Counted from the stretch's first letter, positions 10,064 through 20,216 are shown. The stretch: 64,000 bases of DNA from Candidatus Levyibacteriota bacterium (GCA_027459745.1 DAIDHL010000005.1:646-64645), one strand, 5' to 3'. Made by a program: numbers and translations. Notes: generated from the sequence alone by a model not told the origin.

Positions 10064-11401
10064 ATGAAGATAAAAAAAGATAAAAAATCACAAACGCAAC
10101 TATCATGGATCAAATCTATAAAAGACCAACTTCTTCACCACAAAAGTGAAGTTATCATCTTCCTGTTATTGTTGATTGTCTTTATTTTTCTGAGATCTTA
10201 TCAGCTTGAATCTAGAATGTCATTTAACTTTGATCAAGTAAATGGAGCCTGGATGGCGAAAGATGCGTTAGTAGATCATCATTGGCCTCTTACTGGTCCA
10301 GTTGCCAAGCAGAATTCGGGCTTCTCTATGGCACCACTCTACTATTATATTTTGATTCCTTTTTATTTTGTCTTTAATTTGCACCCTATCGCTTCAGGAA
10401 TCGCAGCTGTTTTTATAAGTACTCTTACCTTCTTAAGTATATTTTTTGTGATTAAATACTTATTTAATACAAAGGTTGCCCTGATCGCAGCTTATATCGA
10501 TTTGGTATCCGTTTACATCATAAACTCTGACAAAATTGACTGGAATGCGGGATTAACTGTTTTGACTTCCGCTTTAACCTTCTTCTTTCTTTATAAAGTT
10601 CTCGTCGGGAAAACGAGAATGATTATTCCGTTGTTCTTAACTTTAGGCTTTTCTCTCAGCGGAGATTTTACCAATATTTTCTACTTTTTTATAGTATCAG
10701 TATGTATTCCCTTTTTCCCTAAAAGAAAAGAGACTCTATTATATCTAATTTTGGGGGTAATAATTATTATGTTATTGATTAGCCCCGTTTTGGTATCTGA
10801 CATCATTAGTCGTAAAGGTGAAGGAACTAATGCTCTTTCGTATTTGGGAACTTATTATCATGGTTTCCATTTAACCAGATTTTTACAGCTCAGAAGAGAT
10901 GCATTCATTGAATTCGTCATGTTTTTTGGTAACGACTTCGTGAGTTATTTCGATTTTCTTCTTCCTTTAATTTTTGGGTTTCTATATTATCGTCAGAATA
11001 AAAATAGAGAAGCAATTATCCTCTCCGTATTATCTATTTTATGGTTTTTTATACCTTGGATCGTATTTACTGCCTATAGCGGAGAGATTACTAACTATTA
11101 TTTTTATATGACTCGTCCAATTATACTTATGATTCTCGCTTACTTCACTTATAGACTTTTCCTTACACGTAAAATAATTATTATGACCTGTGTTTTACTT
11201 TTTTGGGGATATTTTACTGTTAATAATTTACTAAATTTTTTTCAAGAACATCCCGGGAATGATTTTTACAATGCCAAACAAATAATAACACCCGAGGTTA
11301 ATGCACATAATACTAGTGTCAGACATATATACTCTACACCAGAATCTTATCTACAATTTTATTATGAAGACTATAAAAATTTCAACTTAAAAGACAATTA
11401 A
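10064..11401 (+). CDS. Polytopic membrane protein, GT-C-like with DQ in place of the DE motif; paralog of 40034..41371
   Basis: 445 aa. 'FNFDQVNGAWMAKDALVDHHWPLTGPVAKQNSGFSMAPLYYY' loop and conserved C-terminal 'YYHGFHL...YSGEITNYY' blocks are shared with the 40034 paralog. Confidence 0.5.
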   Translation: MKIKKDKKSQTQLSWIKSIKDQLLHHKSEVIIFLLLLIVFIFLRSYQLESRMSFNFDQVNGAWMAKDALVDHHWPLTGPVAKQNSGFSMAPLYYYILIPFYFVFNLHPIASGIAAVFISTLTFLSIFFVIKYLFNTKVALIAAYIDLVSVYIINSDKIDWNAGLTVLTSALTFFFLYKVLVGKTRMIIPLFLTLGFSLSGDFTNIFYFFIVSVCIPFFPKRKETLLYLILGVIIIMLLISPVLVSDIISRKGEGTNALSYLGTYYHGFHLTRFLQLRRDAFIEFVMFFGNDFVSYFDFLLPLIFGFLYYRQNKNREAIILSVLSILWFFIPWIVFTAYSGEITNYYFYMTRPIILMILAYFTYRLFLTRKIIIMTCVLLFWGYFTVNNLLNFFQEHPGNDFYNAKQIITPEVNAHNTSVRHIYSTPESYLQFYYEDYKNFNLKDN

Positions 11402-12654
11402 ATCTTTCTTGATAAATTATAGACTTGTTTAAGAATATATAATCCTCCTATGATACTTGCCACTAGCATTCCGTACTTATACATTAATTCCTGATCGGTA
11501 AACCAAAAAGAGTTCCATTCGCCAGTAAATAGATAGGGCAAATAAGTTAATTGAGAAATAAGAGTTAGAAGTATAATCAAACCTTTGAGATATTTACTTT
11601 TAACTAAAGGCACAAAGGTTATTATATACATTAGATACCAGGGCTGAAATTCGGTACGAAAAATTGCCAGAGTTATAGCCCCTATCATTAATACAATCAT
11701 CATATTGAATAGATAATCTGGGATTGCATCCTTATTTCTTTTTTGTAATATATATACCCAGATAAATATAGGCAACAATATAATAGTGGCATATTTTATC
11801 AATGCAGAAGCTATTAGTAATAATATAGCCCACCAAAATTTCTTACTAATAAGTAGATAAAAACCCAACACCGCGAAAAACATCATAACTATATCATTAT
11901 GACTAGAGACAAGAGATTCGAAAATAACTAGTGGATTTAATGCAAAAAGAACTATTCCTTGAAGTTTCTTTGATGCGTAAATTTTATCTAGTATTTTATA
12001 AAGATAAAAAACAGTTCCCAAATAGGATGCAGTCATCAGGATTTTAAAAAGATAAAAAGTCAAGATAAATATATGCAAGCCCACAAAAGAAAATGGCAAT
12101 GTTATTAGCAACCATAATGGTCCATAAGCCTGTGCGTATGTCCTATTTGTCCAACGCATAAAGCCCAACATAGGGTCATGCGGAAAGTCCTGCGCCTTAT
12201 GTAAATAAGGGTTTTGATGATAATAAGTCAGAATTTTGGCATCGAAGATATAATTAAATAAATCATAAGACAACATGTTATAGGAAAAAGTCAAAATTAT
12301 AGCTGCTAATCCAATAATACCGGCGATTACAGGGAATGAAACTCGTTTTAAATGGACAAGTCTTAATGTATATAAATATAAACTGAAGAAAATCAAGACT
12401 GTCAGAGAAAATAAAAATGTGGATAATGGTCGGTTAAAATAACCGATATATTGGAAGCCCCGTTCAATTGTATATAACCAGGATATTCTACTAATCACTA
12501 ATCCCAGATCTGCTTGCGTATAGCTTAAAAGTAAAATTAGAGTAAAAAAAATTCCCCAGCTTGAAGTAATAATCTTCTCTTTTTTTGTTCCTTGCTTGTA
12601 TACAAATGCCAAGTTAGTAAATAATAATTTGAAGGGAGAAAGAATTATATTCAC
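11398..12654 (-). CDS. Polytopic membrane protein, putative GT-C / DUF2029(GT87)-like glycosyltransferase
   Basis: 418 aa. 'DFPHDPMLGF...YAQAYGPLWLL' acidic and aromatic loop motif. Converges with 4-bp overlap on 10064..11401. Confidence 0.45.
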   Translation of the reverse strand: MNIILSPFKLLFTNLAFVYKQGTKKEKIITSSWGIFFTLILLLSYTQADLGLVISRISWLYTIERGFQYIGYFNRPLSTFLFSLTVLIFFSLYLYTLRLVHLKRVSFPVIAGIIGLAAIILTFSYNMLSYDLFNYIFDAKILTYYHQNPYLHKAQDFPHDPMLGFMRWTNRTYAQAYGPLWLLITLPFSFVGLHIFILTFYLFKILMTASYLGTVFYLYKILDKIYASKKLQGIVLFALNPLVIFESLVSSHNDIVMMFFAVLGFYLLISKKFWWAILLLIASALIKYATIILLPIFIWVYILQKRNKDAIPDYLFNMMIVLMIGAITLAIFRTEFQPWYLMYIITFVPLVKSKYLKGLIILLTLISQLTYLPYLFTGEWNSFWFTDQELMYKYGMLVASIIGGLYILKQVYNLSRKI

Positions 12655-12659
12655 ATTAT

Positions 12660-13418
12660 TTATTTATAAATGCCAGAAATAATATTCTTTTTGATTACTA
12701 ATAAGTCTATAAATCCGGCTATTGAACTACGCAAGGGACTGACTCTTCGTGTTTCTACGTGCAACCAACGAACAGGTACCTCTTTAATTTTATAACCCAT
12801 TTTTTTTGCTAGATACAAGACTTCCATGTCCATACCAGCTGATACATTAGAACCTGAGACATTTTTGAAACCATCATGTATCTGAAAGAACTTGGTAAAA
12901 AGCTGCTGCGCAACATTGTGACTAAACATTTTAAAGCCACACTGTGTATCAACGATTTCGGGTAGACCTATTAACATTTTTCGTAAAATTACCGTGGCTT
13001 TAGATACAAATTTGCGTGTCCAAGGAGCTCCCTGCCTTTGATTACTTCGGGATCCAATAACTACATCGTAACCATCTTTTGTAAAAGGAAAAAACTTATT
13101 CACTTCTTCAATTGGGGTAGCTTGATCCATATCAGTAAATAAAATATAGTCTCCTTTAGCTGCTAAGACTCCGGCTGTTACAGCCCCAGCTTTACCACTG
13201 TGCTGATTTTTGATCAGAATAAAATTATCATTCTGTTTGATAAAATCTTCTATAAATTCTACACTACCATCTTTGGAACCATCATCTACGACAATGACTT
13301 CATAATAAAACTTTGCCTTATCTAGAAAATGCTGTACTTTATCGAGGACTCCTTTTTGTAGATTGGACATCTCATCGTAACATGGAATGACAACTGAGAG
13401 ATAAATATTTTCTTTCAC
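12660..13418 (-). CDS. GT2 polyprenol-phosphate sugar synthase (GtrB/DPM1-like)
   Basis: 252 aa. 'LSVVIPCYDEMSNL', 'VVDDGSKDGS', 'FTDMDQATP' and 'TQCGFKMFSHN' motifs. Confidence 0.8.
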   Translation of the reverse strand: MKENIYLSVVIPCYDEMSNLQKGVLDKVQHFLDKAKFYYEVIVVDDGSKDGSVEFIEDFIKQNDNFILIKNQHSGKAGAVTAGVLAAKGDYILFTDMDQATPIEEVNKFFPFTKDGYDVVIGSRSNQRQGAPWTRKFVSKATVILRKMLIGLPEIVDTQCGFKMFSHNVAQQLFTKFFQIHDGFKNVSGSNVSAGMDMEVLYLAKKMGYKIKEVPVRWLHVETRRVSPLRSSIAGFIDLLVIKKNIISGIYK

Positions 13419-13548
13419 AAAGAAATTATACAGTAAACATTCTCATCTGTCATGCTTCCTTGCAAATTGTTCACCTTTCTCTTACATAAGATTAAGCTGA
13501 TAACTGTGTTTGCTCAAAATCAGCTTTTCGGGTAAAATAAGCAGGCAC

Positions 13549-13621
13549 GGCCCCATCGTCTAGTGGTCTAGGACAGTGGATTCTCATTCCACTAACTGGG
13601 ATTCGAATTCCCATGGGGTCA
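13549..13621 (+). tRNA. tRNA-Glu (anticodon CUC)
   Basis: Cloverleaf folded by hand. Acceptor GGCCCCA/TGGGGTC (one G-U pair), D-arm GTCTAGTGGTCTAGGAC, anticodon stem GTGGA/TCCAC with loop TTCTCAT (U33, anticodon CTC, A37), T-arm TGGGA-TTCGAAT-TCCCA, discriminator A. CCA is not encoded. Confidence 0.85.
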
Positions 13622-13722
13622 CATTCGATTTTACATTAATCTTTTTATAATTCAGGATTAAATATGCTACGCTCCTAAAAATTCAAACTTTATCCATTTA
13701 AAGAATATGCCTTATAGCAAAA

Positions 13723-14619
13723 TTATTTAGTATTAAATATATCATTCAAGGTGGCATTTTTACGTCCCATGGCTATGGCAACTCTTCTTCTGGCCCTCTT
13801 TTCATACAAACTTACTGATAAGGGAGTAAAATTTCCATTTACTAGATCTATTGGTAACATTGGAGGCTCAATCTTACCCATATCGCTGTAAAAAACACCA
13901 CTTCTTACATCAACTTTATAAGGTGGTACACTACCTTGTGACTGGATTTTACGTTCTTCATGAGGTAACATAGGAGGAGGCCTAAAACCTGGAACATTGA
14001 CTTTGCCACGGTTTAGTAAACTTTGCTTCTTAAGTTCTGTAGCAGCTCTTCTGTCGTTTATTTGAACTTCCTTTTTAGCTTCTAATTTATCAAATTCAAA
14101 CTGAGATGATAGCAGCCATTTTTTGAAATTTTTAGGTGGATTAACTGAATCGCCTTCAGAATCATAGTCTTGAAATGATTTATAAATCATCAATGATTCT
14201 GGTCTATCGGTATTCTTTAATCTTAAAGAACTAGACAGTTGAGATAATAATCTACTTGAGATAGCATCTTCACAGATAGCAATAAGATTTACAAATTCTG
14301 CACCTGTGTTAGGCAACATCTCTGTTATGAACTGTCCAATACTGCCAACCAGTAAATGTGCTCCCCTGCTATATTCGCTCTGTCCATTCCCCGCATATAC
14401 CACTGCATGTAGTGCATGACGGATAATATTACGTAGATTTTCTTGAGTTATTTTAGGTTTACTTTTAACTGAAGCCTGTTCTGTCACAGCCAGATCATAT
14501 ATTTCTTCTATTGCTCCCATTATCTGAAGAACTTTACTTGAATCTTGTTCGATACCTTGGTCTATCCAATTGTCTTTAACTTCTTTACTATATCTCATTA
14601 TAAGAAATGATTCTAACAT
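13723..14619 (-). CDS. Hypothetical protein with two proline-rich 'PPMLP' motifs
   Basis: 298 aa ORF with no recognisable domain. Contains 'RPPPMLPHEERK' and 'EPPMLPIDL'. The first is an exact 7-residue match to a motif in the P-loop protein at 25107..26330. Confidence 0.55.
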   Translation of the reverse strand: MLESFLIMRYSKEVKDNWIDQGIEQDSSKVLQIMGAIEEIYDLAVTEQASVKSKPKITQENLRNIIRHALHAVVYAGNGQSEYSRGAHLLVGSIGQFITEMLPNTGAEFVNLIAICEDAISSRLLSQLSSSLRLKNTDRPESLMIYKSFQDYDSEGDSVNPPKNFKKWLLSSQFEFDKLEAKKEVQINDRRAATELKKQSLLNRGKVNVPGFRPPPMLPHEERKIQSQGSVPPYKVDVRSGVFYSDMGKIEPPMLPIDLVNGNFTPLSVSLYEKRARRRVAIAMGRKNATLNDIFNTK

Positions 14620-14686
14620 AAATCTTTGTATATTTCTTATCTAATTTTTATTGCTATATGATATATTATAGGTTATAATAAGCTTT

Positions 14687-15247
14687 ATGATTGAAGGCTT
14701 TAAACATTTTGTTAGAAAATTTAAAAAGTCAACTGAAAATGTTGATCAATTTGTAGAATCAGCGGCTGAACGAATGATTCAACTAGACAATACCCAATTA
14801 AATCTACTTACTTCGGCTTCAGAACAACGCACGAATCTGGCCCTGGCAGTTCAAGATCCGCTTGATTCAACTTTTTATCAAATCCGAAGAGTAAGATTAA
14901 CAAAAGTTGACCCTATAACCGCACAGGTGACCTCACAACCAAACGGAGTTGTAGTGGTGTCATTATTTCCTCTTGGTTTTATAGGGCAAAGAAGAATACC
15001 TGAATCTGAAATCCAGAAAACTCTCAAATTATTAGACAAAACAGAAGAAGCTGCTGCTAAACGTGAAAGGATCGCAAGAGAAAATGGAGAAATCCTTGAT
15101 CAAAGCCTACTTCCAGGGGCGGTAGGAATAGCTAGTTATACCACAACTGAGCAGTGTAAAACCCCAAACATAGACCAGATTGCTGAATTTGCAGGTGAGA
15201 AATATGCAAAATTGATATTTACACAACGTATAGATGAAAATAAATAA
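14687..15247 (+). CDS. Hypothetical protein
   Basis: 186 aa ORF divergent from 13723..14619. No recognisable motifs. Confidence 0.5.
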   Translation: MIEGFKHFVRKFKKSTENVDQFVESAAERMIQLDNTQLNLLTSASEQRTNLALAVQDPLDSTFYQIRRVRLTKVDPITAQVTSQPNGVVVVSLFPLGFIGQRRIPESEIQKTLKLLDKTEEAAAKRERIARENGEILDQSLLPGAVGIASYTTTEQCKTPNIDQIAEFAGEKYAKLIFTQRIDENK

Positions 15248-15433
15248 CACAATCAAACTTGAATATATAATTCAAAATAGTTAATATTCATTTTTGTATT
15301 TATTCTCGCTCCTCTTAACCATGAGTAAATATTAAAAAACAAAGTTGTAATTGTTTTGTATTGTAAAATTATGTATCGGCTCAGTTTGCAATACGGGATT
15401 CTATCTGATATACCTGAGACTAGTAAAAAATAA

Positions 15434-17785
15434 GTGAAAAAACAAACCCAGACAACAATTACAGACTTCTCTTTTTTTGACCACTGCCCTCAAGGATTTT
15501 ATGCCATAAGCACCGATTGGAAGTACATTTACGTTAATCGAGCGGGTTTAAAAATGGCACAAAAGAAAAAATCAGACCTGGTTAATAAAAACCCTCAAGA
15601 ACTATTCTCTGATGCTCACTCATTAGAATTCGGCCAGGCTGTAAGACGAGTCATGCAAGAACGCAAAGCCCGCAAGGTTGAAGCATTCTATCCAAGATAC
15701 AATAAATGGTATGAAAATGTAGTATTTCCTATTCAGGATGGAGTGGGAATAATAGCACAAGATATAACTACAAGGAAACGCTTGGAAGAAAACTTACTTT
15801 TAACCACTGCCCAGTTCAGCGCATTAGCAGATAATATTCCTAACCTAGCTTGGATGGCTGATTCTAAAGGAAAAATCTATTGGTACAATTCAAGTTGGTA
15901 TAAGTATACTGGAAAGAATGAACGTCAGATGCAAAAACAAGGATGGAAAAAAGTTCATGATCCTAGACTTCTGCCATTAGTAGTCAAGAAATGGACAACA
16001 GCCGTTAAAAATGGCCTACCCTTCGAGATGGAATTTCCTCTAAAGGACAGTCATGGTCAATTTCATGACTTTCTAACTCAGGTAACTCCTGTAAAAGATA
16101 ATCATGGCAATGTTTTACATTGGTTTGGTACTAATACAGACCTTACAAATCAGAAAAAAATTGAGGAAGCCCAACTTAGATTAGCTGCAATCGTAGAATT
16201 TTCGGATGACGCGATAATTAGTGAGGATTTAAGAGGATATATAACCAGCTGGAACAAGGGTGCTGAGAGATTATTTCAATATAAAGCTGAGGAAGTATTA
16301 AATAAGTCAGTTAATGTAATTGTTCCTCCAGACTTGCTTGAACAGGAGAAAGAAATTTTGTCCAATCTCAAAAAGGGTAAAAGTACAGACCATTTACAAA
16401 CTGTACGAATATCTAAGGATGGAACAAGAATAAATGTTTCTCTAAGCATTTCTACTATTAAAAACCCCAATGGAGAACTAATTGGCGGATCAAAAATAAT
16501 TCATGATATTTCAGATATTAAGCGTAATGAAGAAAATCTAAAATTTTTAGCACGAGCAAGTAAAATCCTTTCTTCCTCCTTGGATTATCAAAAGACCCTA
16601 AATAACCTTACACAATTAGCTGTTCCGCACATTGCTGATTGGTGTTCCGTAGATATGCTTAACTCTAGTTCACAGGTAGAATTAGTAGCGCTTGCTCATA
16701 AAGACCCTAAAAAAGTAGCTTGGGCTAAGGAGCTTCGCCAGCGACAACCTATAGATATGAACGCACCCCTGGGAGTTCCAAATGTATTGCGTACAGGTAA
16801 ATCAGAAATTTATCCAATTATTACAGACGCAATGTTAGTCGCGGCCGCCAAAAATCAAAAGGAATTGCAATTAGCTAGGCAAATAGGATTTACCTCTGTA
16901 ATTATCGTCCCTATACTTTCACAACGTAAACCGATCGGTGCAATTTCTTTTATTACAACTGAATCAAGAAAACGATATGTAGAAGCTGATCTAACTGTAG
17001 CAGAGGAAATTGCCAGCCGGGCATCTTTAGCTATTGAAAATTCCCGCTTGTACAGATCGGCTCAGAAAGAATTGAACGAACGTAAAAAACTGGAAAAACA
17101 GAAAGATGAATTCATCGGTGTTGCATCGCATGAACTAAAAACTCCAGTAACGAGTATTAAGTCTTATACACAAATGCTACATTATAAATTCAAGAAAGAA
17201 GGACAATTAGAAGCAGCTAATTTATTAGCCAAGCTAGACACCCAGATCGATAAGCTTACAGACCTAATTGGAGACTTATTAGATGTAACTAAAATCGAAG
17301 CTGGAAAAATGGCTTTTAATACTACTAACTTTGACTTTGATGATTTGGTTGAAGAAATTGTGGAAGAGATGCAGATAATAACTGCTAAACATAAATTGAT
17401 TATCAACGGTAGCAGCAATCAGACAATCAATGGAGACAGGGAAAGGATTGGACAAGTATTAATCAACTTGATATCCAATGCTATAAAATACTCCCCAAAC
17501 GCAGATAAAATTGTCATTAGTAATAGCCGTGAAGGCAAAAATGTCAAATTATGCGTACAAGATTTTGGTCTTGGAATTCCCGAAGAAAAGAAGAATCAAG
17601 TATTTAATCGTTTTTTTAGAATTAGTGGTCCTAATCAGGAAACCTTTCCAGGATTGGGACTGGGATTATATATCTCCAGTGAAATAATTAAACGCTCAAA
17701 AGGTAAAATTTGGGTTGAGAGCAGAGAAGGAGAAGGGTCAGTGTTTTGTTTTTCTCTACCTTTAAAAAATATGGTAAATAACTAA
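15434..17785 (+). CDS. Multi-sensor histidine kinase (3x PAS, GAF, HisKA, HATPase_c), cytoplasmic
   Basis: 783 aa. Repeated PAS-like blocks, a GAF-like block, H-box 'GVASHELKTPVTSIKSY', N/G1/G2 boxes 'LISNAIKYSP', 'DFGLGIPEE' and 'GLGLGLYISSEIIKRSKGKIWVES'. Confidence 0.9.
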   Translation: MKKQTQTTITDFSFFDHCPQGFYAISTDWKYIYVNRAGLKMAQKKKSDLVNKNPQELFSDAHSLEFGQAVRRVMQERKARKVEAFYPRYNKWYENVVFPIQDGVGIIAQDITTRKRLEENLLLTTAQFSALADNIPNLAWMADSKGKIYWYNSSWYKYTGKNERQMQKQGWKKVHDPRLLPLVVKKWTTAVKNGLPFEMEFPLKDSHGQFHDFLTQVTPVKDNHGNVLHWFGTNTDLTNQKKIEEAQLRLAAIVEFSDDAIISEDLRGYITSWNKGAERLFQYKAEEVLNKSVNVIVPPDLLEQEKEILSNLKKGKSTDHLQTVRISKDGTRINVSLSISTIKNPNGELIGGSKIIHDISDIKRNEENLKFLARASKILSSSLDYQKTLNNLTQLAVPHIADWCSVDMLNSSSQVELVALAHKDPKKVAWAKELRQRQPIDMNAPLGVPNVLRTGKSEIYPIITDAMLVAAAKNQKELQLARQIGFTSVIIVPILSQRKPIGAISFITTESRKRYVEADLTVAEEIASRASLAIENSRLYRSAQKELNERKKLEKQKDEFIGVASHELKTPVTSIKSYTQMLHYKFKKEGQLEAANLLAKLDTQIDKLTDLIGDLLDVTKIEAGKMAFNTTNFDFDDLVEEIVEEMQIITAKHKLIINGSSNQTINGDRERIGQVLINLISNAIKYSPNADKIVISNSREGKNVKLCVQDFGLGIPEEKKNQVFNRFFRISGPNQETFPGLGLGLYISSEIIKRSKGKIWVESREGEGSVFCFSLPLKNMVNN

Positions 17786-17842
17786 TACAAATTTCTTTCC
17801 CCTATCTTACAATTAATTTAATATACTAAATTTACAATCGAT

Positions 17843-18205
17843 GTGAAAACCATGAAAACAATACTTATTGCAGATGACGACCCTGCTATTGTGGAATCAA
17901 CTAAGTTCATTCTGGAAGAATTTGGCTTTCATGTAGACTATAGCTATGATGGCAAGGTTGTTTATGAAATGCACGATCATTTCCCTGATTTAATGCTTCT
18001 GGATATCTGGATGTCTGGACAAGACGGACGTCAGATCTGTAAATATTTAAAAAAAGATCCTCAAAAAAAATCAATACCGGTTATTTTGATATCGGCTAGT
18101 CGGGATGTCAAAAAATCAGCTATGGATGTAGGCGCTAATGATTTTTTGGAGAAACCATTTGATATGGACGATCTTTTAACCAAAATCAATAATCTAATTA
18201 ATTAA
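17843..18205 (+). CDS. Single-domain response regulator (CheY-like receiver)
   Basis: 120 aa. 'ILIADDDPAIVE', 'LMLLDIWMSGQDG' and 'PVILISASRD...GANDFLEKPFDMDDL' receiver hallmarks. Directly downstream of the kinase. Confidence 0.85.
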   Translation: MKTMKTILIADDDPAIVESTKFILEEFGFHVDYSYDGKVVYEMHDHFPDLMLLDIWMSGQDGRQICKYLKKDPQKKSIPVILISASRDVKKSAMDVGANDFLEKPFDMDDLLTKINNLIN

Positions 18206-18262
18206 ATATTCACAATTTAAATACGCTGGTATATCATACTTTTTTATAGTTATAATACTCCC

Positions 18263-18934
18263 ATGTCTGCTAAATATAGTTATACAAATTTTAATCCGCA
18301 TAAATTAAGCCTTCATAATATTGATCGTCAAGCAATTGATTTTGTACCTGTTAGCTCTTTGGTTCTGGACATAGGCTGTGCAACTGGATTTATGGGTGCA
18401 TATCTTAAGAAGCACAAAAATTGTCAAGTATTTGGTTTGGAAATTAGATCGGAGGAAATAAAGATTGCTAAAAAATACCTTGACGATGTAATCAAAGGAG
18501 ATATTGTTGAGAGTAAATCTATCAGCGCAATTTTAAAAAAAACTAAACAGAAAAAATTCGATGTTATTTTAGCGACTTCTGTTATTGAACATGTTACAAA
18601 TCCTTCTCAAGCACTTAAAAATATGCTCAGACTTCTTAAGACAAATGGCTTAATCATAATGAGTACCCCTAATATAGCCCATTGGTCTATGCGCTGGGAT
18701 TTATTTAGAGGAAGATTTAACTATACCGAATATGGTATTTTGGATAATACTCACTTTCATCTATTTACCGCTGATAATTTTAAAGATCTATTCCTCAATG
18801 AAGGATTGAAAATTGAAAAATTCTTAATTGATGCAGAAGGCGGTGGCTATCCGAGAATTAGTTTGATATTAGCCAAATTCTTTCCCAAGATATTTGCTTA
18901 TCAAATGTTGATAGTCGCTAGAAAAACTAACTGA
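18263..18934 (+). CDS. Class I SAM-dependent methyltransferase
   Basis: 223 aa. 'VLDIGCATGFMGAYL' glycine-rich SAM-binding motif I and a downstream acidic motif 'VFGLEIR'. Confidence 0.75.
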   Translation: MSAKYSYTNFNPHKLSLHNIDRQAIDFVPVSSLVLDIGCATGFMGAYLKKHKNCQVFGLEIRSEEIKIAKKYLDDVIKGDIVESKSISAILKKTKQKKFDVILATSVIEHVTNPSQALKNMLRLLKTNGLIIMSTPNIAHWSMRWDLFRGRFNYTEYGILDNTHFHLFTADNFKDLFLNEGLKIEKFLIDAEGGGYPRISLILAKFFPKIFAYQMLIVARKTN

Positions 18935-19729
18935 TTATAAACTCACTTTTATTATATTTTGCGTAATATTGTCTCCAAAAAAGCTTGCAGCTACTTCCTG
19001 CACAGTAGACGACAAATCTGTGACATAAAATGTTTTTTCTCCCTTAATATTTTTTTTGTTTAATAAATTTTTTATCGTAAGTAACTTTTGCAATTCATAA
19101 GCTGTGGGGTTGGCTGAGTCGATAATCTTAACCGCTGGTAAAACTTTTTGTATAGTATTTCTTAACAGCGGATAATGCGTACAGCCTAAATGCAAAGTAT
19201 CAATAGATTCTAAGTCAGATAAATACTTTTTCGCTACTAACTCGGCTACTTCACTCTCAGCTAATCCCTCTTCGGCCAATGGCACAAATAGTGGACAGGC
19301 TTTTGATACTACTGCAATGGAGGAATCTATTTTTTTTATTTCAGATGTGTATATCCCACTATTAATCGTTGCTTTCGTACCAATAATTCCCACTCGTTTG
19401 TTGCTTGTGGCTTTAACAATCATTTCAGCCGAAGGCTGAATCACTCCTATAAGTGGTATAAAAGCCATAGCTTGTAAATCTGGTAAACACGTTGCACTTA
19501 TAGTATTGCAGGCGACGACTAAAGCTTTAACTTTTTTGTCTAGAAGAAAACTAACTAGATCCTTGGCAAAAGCTGTAATAACTTCTTTACCACGATTGCC
19601 ATACGGAACCCGCGCTGTATCACCCAAGTAAATAATATCTTCATGAGGAAGTAAATTTACAATCTCGCGCGCTACGGTTAAACCGCCTATTCCTGAGTCA
19701 AAAACACCGATGGGTAAATTTCTATTCAT
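18935..19729 (-). CDS. murI: Glutamate racemase
   Basis: 264 aa. 'GVFDSGIGGLTVAREI', 'YLGDTARVPYGNRG', 'VVACNTISA' and 'LGCTHYPLL' with both catalytic Cys motifs. Confidence 0.9.
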   Translation of the reverse strand: MNRNLPIGVFDSGIGGLTVAREIVNLLPHEDIIYLGDTARVPYGNRGKEVITAFAKDLVSFLLDKKVKALVVACNTISATCLPDLQAMAFIPLIGVIQPSAEMIVKATSNKRVGIIGTKATINSGIYTSEIKKIDSSIAVVSKACPLFVPLAEEGLAESEVAELVAKKYLSDLESIDTLHLGCTHYPLLRNTIQKVLPAVKIIDSANPTAYELQKLLTIKNLLNKKNIKGEKTFYVTDLSSTVQEVAASFFGDNITQNIIKVSL

Positions 19730-19865
19730 AAAATCGACTTTAATTTTTTATACATAATAAAAATCCAGTTATACTTACCTGTCCCTAATTTCATATATGT
19801 CATAAACACAAAACAACTGTATTCATAATTATTTCCATAACTATTACATACAGTTGTTAGTTTAA

Positions 19866-19893
19866 CAATAAAAAACAGATTTAATATCTGTTT
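19866..19893 (-). terminator. Rho-independent terminator of the RRM gene (hairpin overlapping the stop codon, followed by a U-run)
   Basis: Minus strand reads 'AAACAGAT-ATTAA-ATCTGTTT' followed by 'TTTTATTG'. The stem is 8 bp and the stop codon TAA sits in the loop. Confidence 0.55.
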
Positions 19894-20216
19894 CGATTAT
19901 CGTTATATCTTGGTCTGCGGTCTCCTCCACGATTGTCTCGTGAACCAAAATCTCTTCTTGGTCTGTCTTCCATAGGTTTAGCTTCGTTTACCTTGATTGT
20001 TCTTCCGTCCAATTCTTTATCATTCAATTCCGCAACTGCTTTTTGGGCTTCTTCTTCAGTCGACATTTCGACAAAACCAAAACCACGTGAACGACCAGAT
20101 TCACGATCTGTTATGACTTTAGCTGAAACTACGTTTCCGGCTTGAGAGAAGAATTGCTGCAAACTTTCGTCAGTTGTGTTCCATGACAAACTGCCGACAA
20201 ATAATTTTTTACTCAT
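19881..20216 (-). CDS. RRM-domain RNA-binding protein with R/D/N-rich (RGG-like) tail
   Basis: RNP2 'KLFVGSLSW' and RNP1 'RGFGFVEM'. Start placed at internal M ('MSKKLFVG') because a perfect SD 'AAAGGAGG' lies 6 nt upstream. The longer ORF-track start at 20276 is unlikely. Confidence 0.85.
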   Translation of the reverse strand: MSKKLFVGSLSWNTTDESLQQFFSQAGNVVSAKVITDRESGRSRGFGFVEMSTEEEAQKAVAELNDKELDGRTIKVNEAKPMEDRPRRDFGSRDNRGGDRRPRYNDNRNRY

